Shown: one piece after another, positions 1 through 7,875 of the stretch
Layout of the letters: every line of letters starts with the position of its first letter
Position numbering within the stretch: the first letter of the stretch is position 1
Origin: Ignavibacteriales bacterium CG07_land_8_20_14_0_80_59_12
GTDB taxonomy: Bacteria; Bacteroidota; Ignavibacteria; 0-14-0-80-59-12
Assembly (NCBI GenBank): GCA_002779395.1
Contig: PEWR01000091.1
Location: forward strand, 1,464-65,463
Direction of reading: 5' to 3'
DNA length: 64,000 nt
Position numbers and translations under genes: made by a program
The notes under the pieces: model-generated
Database searches by the model: none
What the model was told of the DNA's origin: nothing
Seen by the model: the letters and a program-made list of their open reading frames with translations, nothing else

Positions 1-1230
1 TGAACCTCCGTGCAGCTTCTATCTGCTCCGGGGAGACATCATAACACCCTTGTGGAGGAATTGGCCCTCTGCGGGGCTCTAGATACGCCAGAGGAGTGCC
101 CTGAGCTGAAGTTTCGTGATCCTCAGGCACCGGGGCAGGTAGCAAGGGACAACCGTTCACATCAGCTCACGACAGGCCGGTGAACGTCTATTACTACGTG
201 TAGCAGAATCTAGTACTAACTGTAGCAGAGGACACCGGAAATCCGCTCAGACGAGTCCAATATTGCCGGTTTTCAGGTGTGTCTTCCCCTTTATATATCT
301 TTAGATATTCTTATATCCATCTCATCCGCTCACTCTCCTGAGATGGATTCTTCCCGAAGCAATCACATCTCAGTTGATCTTCTTTCTGGAAACAGCCACA
401 ATGATGACGGACACTTGAATATCTGTCCTTGCCGGGCCCTGAGTTGATCACGGATGCTCCTCTGGGTCACTCAGACTCTCAGAATCATATGCTCTCCGGA
501 CCGTTGGGATCACGCTTTCTGGCTGGAAACCGAGGTCTCGTAAGCCGTTGCAAACAAAGAAAATAGATAATCATTCTCGACAGATTCGCGTGCGAAAAGC
601 AATAAAAGGGGCAGAGCTCGACCAGTCTCTTGTGCGCCTTTTCTCCGTATCCCCTCCAGAATGGACAGAAACGCACAAATGCTGCTTGGGAAACGACTTT
701 CCGGAGCGAATTGTCGAGAGAAATCGAGATGTTCCCACGCAATTGCGGAAGGAAACTGCCAACCGGGCGAAACGTCACTGTCGCATTCCTGGATCCTATT
801 GCATTGCCTGAGGGAATAACACCCCACCCGAATCCTCCCCAATAATAAGCCAATATCTCGGACAGAGAAGCTCCGGCTGGAGGTTGCTGGCGATATTCAG
901 CGCGATAAGAGGGGACCTTGCCCTACGTCCGTTGATCGGCGTGGACGTGCGCAATGCGAATACTGTGCCGTCCGCTTGCGAATGGAAATTCCTCCGCATC
1001 ATGAGCCACCGGAGCGGCCTGTCATCTCGCTGTGCCGCGCCCGTGCGTTCATGTTGCGGGGTCGAGACGCAGGTTCTGACTCAGCCGCTTGACATTGGCC
1101 GAGTGGTGCAGTAACATATTTATACACGTTCTTGCAGTCCTTCTTTGTTCACCTCCACACTGTCAACGTACGATGACTCCCCTGTTTTCGGGACAGGCGG
1201 ACGCCGATGATAGAGAGAGGAGCGAATGCC

Positions 1231-2547
1231 ATGAACAAGTCCCTCCCTTTTCTTCTCACCTTTGTCTTTCTGTGTACTGCGCGACACGATATGAACGCGC
1301 AGTGGGTCAAAGCTACGAACGGTCTTCCACCCGCCGACAGCAGCATGGGGTGGGAAGTGGCGTGGGCGATTGATGCAGTCGGTCAATCGACCGCTGTCGT
1401 GGGGCTATCGAGGGGTGGTGTTTTTCGGACCACAGATGGTGGAGCAAACTGGAAGTCATTGGGTTTCTCCCATTCTTACCACGCTGAACTCGTTGACCTG
1501 TCAATGGTCGACAGCTCCCACATTTGGGTGGCTGGCGGATACTCCGGTGCTATCTATGCAACTTCGAACGGGGGTCAGACTTGGAACGTGCAATTCTACG
1601 ACACAACCAAGACAGATTTCATCAACTACATCAGGATGTTCGATCCCCAGAATGGCGTCGCGATGGGTGATGCCGTAGGAAATGGGCCTCCTCTCTTCTT
1701 GAGGACGACTGATGCGGGACTCCATTGGGTTTCCATGAATGATACCGCCCTTCGGGGCTGCGCGTCGGGCGATACGTGGCGTCGCCTCGACTTCGTGAAT
1801 TGAGACGTGGGATACTTCTTCGAGTCTGGGGTCAATCCCCAGAAGCTGTACAAGACCATCGATGGAGGCCGGTCGTGGACGCTGACGCGCTACCCTGCTA
1901 ACTATGTTCAGGTCTTGAAGTTCTACGACCGGAACATCGGCTTTGCTGTGCCTGGAGGCGATGGGATCTACAGAACACTCGATGGAGGGAACACATGGGA
2001 TTCGCTTCCCATGCCATCTCGGCATTGGGGCGAGGCATTCTCGTTCGAGCCTGGCAATCCTGCCAAGGTCTGGCTTCTTGACAGTGATGATCTGTATTTC
2101 AGCTCGGATACGGGAAGGACATGGACCGCGCAGCTCCATATGCCATGGTCTTCCGGGTCGGGCCGTGACGTCGTGTTCACAGACGCTCAGAACGGTTGGC
2201 TGCTGGGTGACAAGGACATCTTGTATCGCACGACCAACGGAGGAGTGACGACCGGCATCGACGAACAGCCAGGCAGCGCGCCGAGTCGGTTCACGTTGTT
2301 CCCGAACTATCCGAACCCGTTCAACCCAACGACTACGATCACATTCACCCTCCCGCACTCGACTCATGCGACGCTGAAGGTCTTCACTCCTCTCGGCATA
2401 GAGATCGCAACTCTCGTCTCAGGCATTCAATCAGCTGGCGCTCACCAGGTTCAATGGAACGCGACCGGCAAGCTGAGCGGGGTGTACTTCTACAGGCTGG
2501 AAGCGGGTGGATACGTGGAGACGAGGAAGCTCATTCTGCTCCGGTGA
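1231..2547 (+). pseudogene. Secreted BNR/YCF48-like beta-propeller protein with T9SS C-terminal sorting domain, interrupted by one in-frame TGA (1801-1803)
   Basis: ORFs 1207..1803 and 1807..2547 share a frame. Signal peptide MNKSLPFLL..AQW, repeated Asp-box motifs (TTDGGANW, TSNGGQTW, TIDGGRSW, TLDGGNTW) and a C-terminal NYPNPFNPTTTI..SGVYFYRL..KLILLR. Confidence 0.8.
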
Positions 2548-2735
2548 ATTGGGTCCCATCCAAATCACCGGTACATGGAGACTCGACCGGCACAGGTACT
2601 ACGATCTGAAGGGCAGATGACATCGCTGATCGCCGATCTTTTGCACTCCACCTGAATCCTCCGTAACTTCCAGAGGACCTTTCCGGCATCATCCCGGCCA
2701 AGATCAGCACCACCAAGCCGTGGAGTCGATCTCAA

Positions 2736-3644
2736 ATGGCAATCCCAGACTACCAGTCTATCATGTTGCCACTCTTGACGTTCGTCGGCGACAACAAGGA
2801 GCATTCACTTCGTGAGACAATCGATGCCCTGGCGAGTAGATTCAGCCTTACTCCAGAGGAGCGCAGAGAGTTGCTCGCGAGCGGTAAGCAGACCATTTTT
2901 GGAAACCGTGTCGGGTGGGCGCGCACGTACCTGAAGAAGGCCGCGCCCCTCGAGTCTCCGCGACGAGCATACTTTCGGATCACGAAGCGAGGGCTTGACG
3001 TGCTGGCGTCGAGCCCCAAGTCCATCAACCTTGGTTTCCTGGAGCAGTTTCCAGAGTTCGTGCAGTTTCGTGCGTTGCGGCATGAAAAGATCGACGACCA
3101 GGGGCTCAGCGAACAGGATGGCAAGAGAACGCCCGAAGAGGCTCTGGAGAATTCCTACCAGAGTCTGCGGCAGAGCCTGGCAAGCGAGCTTCTGGATCAG
3201 GTCAAGTCAGGCAGCCCACATCAGTTTGAGAAGGTGGTCGTGGAACTCCTTGTGGCCATGGGGTATGGAGGCAGTCTCAAAGACGCTGGAAGAGCCGTCG
3301 GGAAGTCGGGCGACGAGGGCATAGACGGTATTATCAAAGAAGATCGGCTGGGACTTGATGCAATATTCATCCAGGCCAAGAAGTGGGAGAATTCGGTAAG
3401 CCGGCTCGAGATCCAGAAGTTCGCTGGTGCGCTGCAGGGCCAGCGAGCAAGGAAGGGGATCTTCATCACCACTTCCGACTTCCCGAAGGAAGCACACGAC
3501 TACGTGTCACGGATCGACACGAAGATTGTCTTGATCGACGGCCAGCAACTTGCCCAGCTCATGATCGACCACAACATCGGTGTCACTACTGTATCCAGCT
3601 ACGAAATCAAACGAATCGACTCAGACTTCTTCGCGGAGGAATAG
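2736..3644 (+). CDS. mrr: Mrr-family (Type IV) restriction endonuclease
   Basis: MAIPDYQSIMLPLL N-terminus, NRVGWARTYLKK, and GDEGIDGII..IQAKKW catalytic motif. Confidence 0.93.
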   Translation: MAIPDYQSIMLPLLTFVGDNKEHSLRETIDALASRFSLTPEERRELLASGKQTIFGNRVGWARTYLKKAAPLESPRRAYFRITKRGLDVLASSPKSINLGFLEQFPEFVQFRALRHEKIDDQGLSEQDGKRTPEEALENSYQSLRQSLASELLDQVKSGSPHQFEKVVVELLVAMGYGGSLKDAGRAVGKSGDEGIDGIIKEDRLGLDAIFIQAKKWENSVSRLEIQKFAGALQGQRARKGIFITTSDFPKEAHDYVSRIDTKIVLIDGQQLAQLMIDHNIGVTTVSSYEIKRIDSDFFAEE

Positions 3645-3756
3645 GCCGGGTACATATTCACGCTGATACACAAAACGGGGTTAGGTCAGGAGTAGCGACT
3701 CTGAATACCCTGCTGCGGAACCCACAAATTGACGTATTTGGTGAGAGGCATTCCTG

Positions 3757-5397
3757 ATGGCAAAGAGAGGTCGAAAACCTGTAGCTAAGACGGCAAAGGT
3801 GGGGAAGAGGACGAAGTCAAAGCCCTCGCCGACCCTCTTCGAGAACAAGAACGGCACACCAGAACAACTCGATGTCAACACCCTTGAGGGCTGGCTATGG
3901 GAAGCCGCTTGTTCAATCCGTGGGGCTGTGGATGCTCCGAAGTTCAAGGACTATATCCTACCACTCATCTTTGTCAAACGGCTTTCTGATGTCTTTGAGG
4001 ATGAGGTCAAGAGAGTTGCAGAGAAGTTTGGAGACGAAGACACTGCTAAAGAGTTGATAACGAAAGACCACTCTCTGATGCGATTCTACATCCCTGACAA
4101 AGCACTTTGGTCGGAGATTCGGAACTCGACTTCCAAGGTGGGTGAGAAACTGACAGAAGCAATGAGGGCAATCGCCAGGGAGAACCCAGCCCTTCAAGGT
4201 GTCATTGACATCGTAGACTTCAATGCGACTGTGAGCGGTCAGAGAATTATTGATGATGGAAAGCTAAGTTCACTCATTGAGATCATCAGCAAGCAAAGGC
4301 TTGGGCTGGCTGACTGTGAACCCGACATACTTGGAAGAGCCTACGACTACCTTCTGAGGAAATTTGCTGAGGGACAAGGGCAGAGTGCGGGGGAGTTCCT
4401 AACTCCGAAAGAGGTTGGCTGGTTGATGGCATATATCCTTGACCCTCAACAAGGAGAGACAGTCTACGACCCTGCCTGTGGTACGGCTGGACTTCTCATC
4501 AAGTGCGAGCTTGCTCTTGCAGAGAAGATGAATGGGAAGAAGGTCTCAAAGCCACTGCAACTCTACGGACAAGAGCAGAACCACGTTACCTACGCAATGG
4601 CAAAGATGAACACTATCATTCACGATATGGAAGGTTCGATTGCCATTGGGGACACAATGAGGAACCCCAAACTCTTGGATGGGAGTTCACTCAAGACCTT
4701 TGACATCGTAACTGCCAACCCCATGTGGAATCAGGATGGCTACGATTCTGATTTCTACGAGAACGATACCTACGAACGCTTCAAGAGGGGATACCCACCA
4801 GCCAGTTCTGCTGATTGGGGCTGGGTTCAATTGATGGAAGCTTCCCTCAATCAGAAGGGGAGAATGGCAGTCGTTCTTGATACAGGGGCTGTGTCAAGAG
4901 GATCTGGAAGTCAAGGGTCAAACAGGGAGAAGGATATACGGAAGGCGTTTGTTGATGCCGACCTTATTGATGCTGTTCTTCTGCTTCCTGATAATCTCTT
5001 CTACAACACCACAGCGGCTGGCATCATAATGGTGTTGAACAAGAACAAGGCCAAAGAGAGGAAGGGGAAGATACTTCTCATTAACGCGTCGCAGGAATTT
5101 GAGAAGGGTAGACCTAAGAACTTCTTGCCTGATGAGAAGATAAAGAAGGTTGCCAAGGCATACCATGACTTCAAGAGCATTGACCGATTCACAAGAGTTA
5201 TAACGATTGAAGAAGCGGCCAAGAATGACTACAACGTGAGTCCTTCAAGGTATGTTGAGACAGGGGCGGCTGAGGAATATCGTGAGATACCTGTCCTGCT
5301 AGAAGAATTGATTGCTCTTGAGCAAGAGAGTGCCAAGATTGATGCTGATTTAAAGAAGGTCTTCGCCAAGCTGGGGTTTGAGGCCGACAAGAAATGA
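3757..5397 (+). CDS. hsdM: Type I restriction-modification methyltransferase subunit M
   Basis: LWEAACSIRG, GEFLTP, YDPACGTAG (SAM binding) and ANPMW (catalytic motif IV). Confidence 0.95.
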   Translation: MAKRGRKPVAKTAKVGKRTKSKPSPTLFENKNGTPEQLDVNTLEGWLWEAACSIRGAVDAPKFKDYILPLIFVKRLSDVFEDEVKRVAEKFGDEDTAKELITKDHSLMRFYIPDKALWSEIRNSTSKVGEKLTEAMRAIARENPALQGVIDIVDFNATVSGQRIIDDGKLSSLIEIISKQRLGLADCEPDILGRAYDYLLRKFAEGQGQSAGEFLTPKEVGWLMAYILDPQQGETVYDPACGTAGLLIKCELALAEKMNGKKVSKPLQLYGQEQNHVTYAMAKMNTIIHDMEGSIAIGDTMRNPKLLDGSSLKTFDIVTANPMWNQDGYDSDFYENDTYERFKRGYPPASSADWGWVQLMEASLNQKGRMAVVLDTGAVSRGSGSQGSNREKDIRKAFVDADLIDAVLLLPDNLFYNTTAAGIIMVLNKNKAKERKGKILLINASQEFEKGRPKNFLPDEKIKKVAKAYHDFKSIDRFTRVITIEEAAKNDYNVSPSRYVETGAAEEYREIPVLLEELIALEQESAKIDADLKKVFAKLGFEADKK

Positions 5398-6696
5398 ATG
5401 AGAATGACTACTGACTACAAGAATACTGCGGCAGGACGTGTCCCGAGTGAATGGGATGTAGTCAGCTTGGGACAAGCTACCACTGATATCTTCGGCGGGG
5501 GAACTCCTTCAACTGCGAAGCCAACGTATTGGGGTGGTGACATCGAATGGACAACGAGTGCCTATCTCTCAGGATTGCACTTGAAGAATGGGCAAAGGAA
5601 GATAACCAAAGAAGGGCTTGACAACAGTTCCTCTCGACTTGTCCCCAAGGGCAACCTCTTGGTAGGAACACGGGTGGGAGTTGGGAAGGTTGCTGTCAAT
5701 GATGTGAACGTTGCCATAAGTCAAGACCTGACGGGATTGGTGCTCAACAAGCTAGCCTTCGATTCTGAATATCTTGCCTATTATTTGATGTCTGACCAAC
5801 CTCAACAGGTATTTCGCAATCAGACAAGAGGGACCACAATTAGGGGGATCCCACGAGAGGACTTGAAACTGATTCCTGTCTGCCGTCCCCCTCTCCCCGA
5901 ACAGATGAAGATTGCCGCCATCCTCTCCAAGATTCAGCAAGCCATCGAAGTGCAGGAGAAGATTATCGAGCGCACCAAAGAACTCAAGCGAGGACTAATG
6001 GCGAAGCTGTTCACGGAAGGCCTGCCCGCCTTCAGGGAGCGTGATAGACAGGCGGGTCTGCACGGTGAAGAACTGAAGGAGACTGAGATTGGGCTGATGC
6101 CGAAGAGTTGGGAAGTGCGGAGATTGGGCGACATCTTCGATTGTCACGACGGCAAGAGAGTACCAATGACAAAGGCTGACCGAATTGCGGGGCCGTACCC
6201 CTACTATGGGGCCAGCGGAATCATTGACCATGTGAAGGACTTCATCTTTGATGGTGAGCATCTCTTGGTCGCCGAAGACGGGGAGAACCTTAAATCCCGA
6301 AAGATGCCCATTTCATTCATAGCTCAAGGGAAATTCTGGGTGAACAACCACGCACATATCCTGAAGAATCGGCTTGGTTCACTGAAATTCTATGAGCAGT
6401 ACATGGCCCAGATGGATGTGAAGGACTACCTGACGGGGACAACAAGACCAAAGCTCACGAAGGGTCTCCTTTTGGAGATGAGGCTACCATTCCCGCAAGA
6501 AACGGAGCAGTTGGAAATCGGCAGGGTCCTTGAACGACTGGATGCGAAAGCCAAGCTCAATGACATTCGTTTGTACCTTCAGAGCGGAATATTCAAGTCC
6601 ATGCTCTATCAGCTTATGGCAGGCCATATCAGGGTCAACAACATCGAGATTCCATTCATCGGCGAGCAGACAGGACCGGCTCATGTTCAAGCCTAA
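5398..6696 (+). CDS. hsdS: Type I RM specificity subunit S (two TRDs)
   Basis: PSEW..GGGTPS, PPLPEQ..IAAILS and KETEIGLMPKSW; directly follows hsdM. Confidence 0.93.
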   Translation: MRMTTDYKNTAAGRVPSEWDVVSLGQATTDIFGGGTPSTAKPTYWGGDIEWTTSAYLSGLHLKNGQRKITKEGLDNSSSRLVPKGNLLVGTRVGVGKVAVNDVNVAISQDLTGLVLNKLAFDSEYLAYYLMSDQPQQVFRNQTRGTTIRGIPREDLKLIPVCRPPLPEQMKIAAILSKIQQAIEVQEKIIERTKELKRGLMAKLFTEGLPAFRERDRQAGLHGEELKETEIGLMPKSWEVRRLGDIFDCHDGKRVPMTKADRIAGPYPYYGASGIIDHVKDFIFDGEHLLVAEDGENLKSRKMPISFIAQGKFWVNNHAHILKNRLGSLKFYEQYMAQMDVKDYLTGTTRPKLTKGLLLEMRLPFPQETEQLEIGRVLERLDAKAKLNDIRLYLQSGIFKSMLYQLMAGHIRVNNIEIPFIGEQTGPAHVQA

Positions 6697-7723
6697 CTTT
6701 CGATACACAAACAGGATTGTCACACTCATTGGGAAGATTGCAGCTTCGAGAGAAGTTGTGCTCAATTCTCCCCTCGTCCCCAAATGGGAAGTATCGCTAA
6801 GACGAGAGGCAATGGTTCGCAGTGCCCATAGCTCCACGAGCATCGAAGGAAACAAACTCACATTGGACCAGGTGAGCAAGCTGGCAGAGGGAAGGAACAT
6901 CATGGCTTCCCGCAAGGATAAGCAGGAAGTGCTGAACTACTTGAACGTGCTTGAGCGGCTTGATGCATTCGTGGAAGATGGCAAGACCATTTCGGAAAAG
7001 ATAGTTCTCCGCATCCACAAGCAACTCACCAAGGATTCACTGGATGACCCATCCGATTCAGGAGTGTACAGGAAGAAGTACGTCGTTGTTGGAAACCGTC
7101 TCACTGGTGAGGTGAATTTCTATCCGCCAGAGAATGAGCAAGTCCCCTCGTTGATACAGGAGTATGTGCAGTGGCTGAACTCCTCTGCGGCACTGGAACT
7201 GGATGCGGTTATCGAAGCGGGTATCGCTCACTACGAGTTTGTCCGCATTCATCCGTTCGTGGATGGCAACGGTCGGGCGGCACGGGTTATTGCTGCGCTG
7301 CTGTTGTATCTCAGAGGGTTTGACACAAAGCGGTTCTTCTCGCTTGATGACTATTACGACACTGACCGAAAAGCGTACTATGCTGCATTGGCAACGGTGG
7401 ACAAAGACGTTCGTGATGTTACAAAGTGGCTTGAGTATTTCGTGGAAGGCGTTGCGGTGAGCATCGAAGCCGTAAAGGAGCGAGTCATTCGTCTGAGTAG
7501 CGAACGGCTCAAGCGAACACAGCGTGGTCAAATTGCGCTGACAGAGAAGCAGATGAAGATTGTGGAGTTCATCAATCAGAACGAGAGAATTTCAAACAAG
7601 AACGTGAGGGAGCTTTTCAAGGTCTCCGCCCAAGCAGCCCATAAGGAAATCTCAAAACTGGTTGAATTGGGGGTGCTAAAGCCAGTTGGCAAAGGTAGAA
7701 GTCTTTCCTATCTGCTCAAATGA
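6683..7723 (+). CDS. Fic-domain protein (class II-like) with C-terminal winged HTH
   Basis: Canonical HPFVDGNGRAAR motif, N-terminal SSTSIEGN inhibitory motif and C-terminal LTEKQ..GKGRS wHTH. ATG 6683 overlaps the hsdS end. Confidence 0.92.
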   Translation: MFKPNFRYTNRIVTLIGKIAASREVVLNSPLVPKWEVSLRREAMVRSAHSSTSIEGNKLTLDQVSKLAEGRNIMASRKDKQEVLNYLNVLERLDAFVEDGKTISEKIVLRIHKQLTKDSLDDPSDSGVYRKKYVVVGNRLTGEVNFYPPENEQVPSLIQEYVQWLNSSAALELDAVIEAGIAHYEFVRIHPFVDGNGRAARVIAALLLYLRGFDTKRFFSLDDYYDTDRKAYYAALATVDKDVRDVTKWLEYFVEGVAVSIEAVKERVIRLSSERLKRTQRGQIALTEKQMKIVEFINQNERISNKNVRELFKVSAQAAHKEISKLVELGVLKPVGKGRSLSYLLK

Positions 7724-7807
7724 GGTTGATGATTAGGTTGATGATTAAGTTGATGATTACGACGATAATGAGGTTGATGATTAGCGTTATGATTAGAGTG
7801 ATGATTA
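7724..7807 (+). repeat. Seven phased 12-bp tandem units, consensus GGTTGATGATTA
   Basis: ggttgatgatta ggttgatgatta agttgatgatta cgacgataatga ggttgatgatta gcgttatgatta gagtgatgatta. Confidence 0.9.
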
Positions 7808-7875
7808 TCTCGATGTAGAATAAAGGGTTACAGAGGTGGTTGTTCTTGTGATTGTCAATTGGCCCACTCTGAAAA

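Noticed and set aside
485..1114. Several short overlapping ORFs
   Set aside because: No recognisable domains or consistent coding signal.
1801..1803. Genome-wide TGA recoding (genetic code 4 or 25)
   Set aside because: Many conserved genes here (hsdM, sufB, sufS, der, upp) end at TGA at their expected length.
7724..7807. Repeat array as a CRISPR
   Set aside because: 12-bp contiguous units with no unique spacers and no cas genes.
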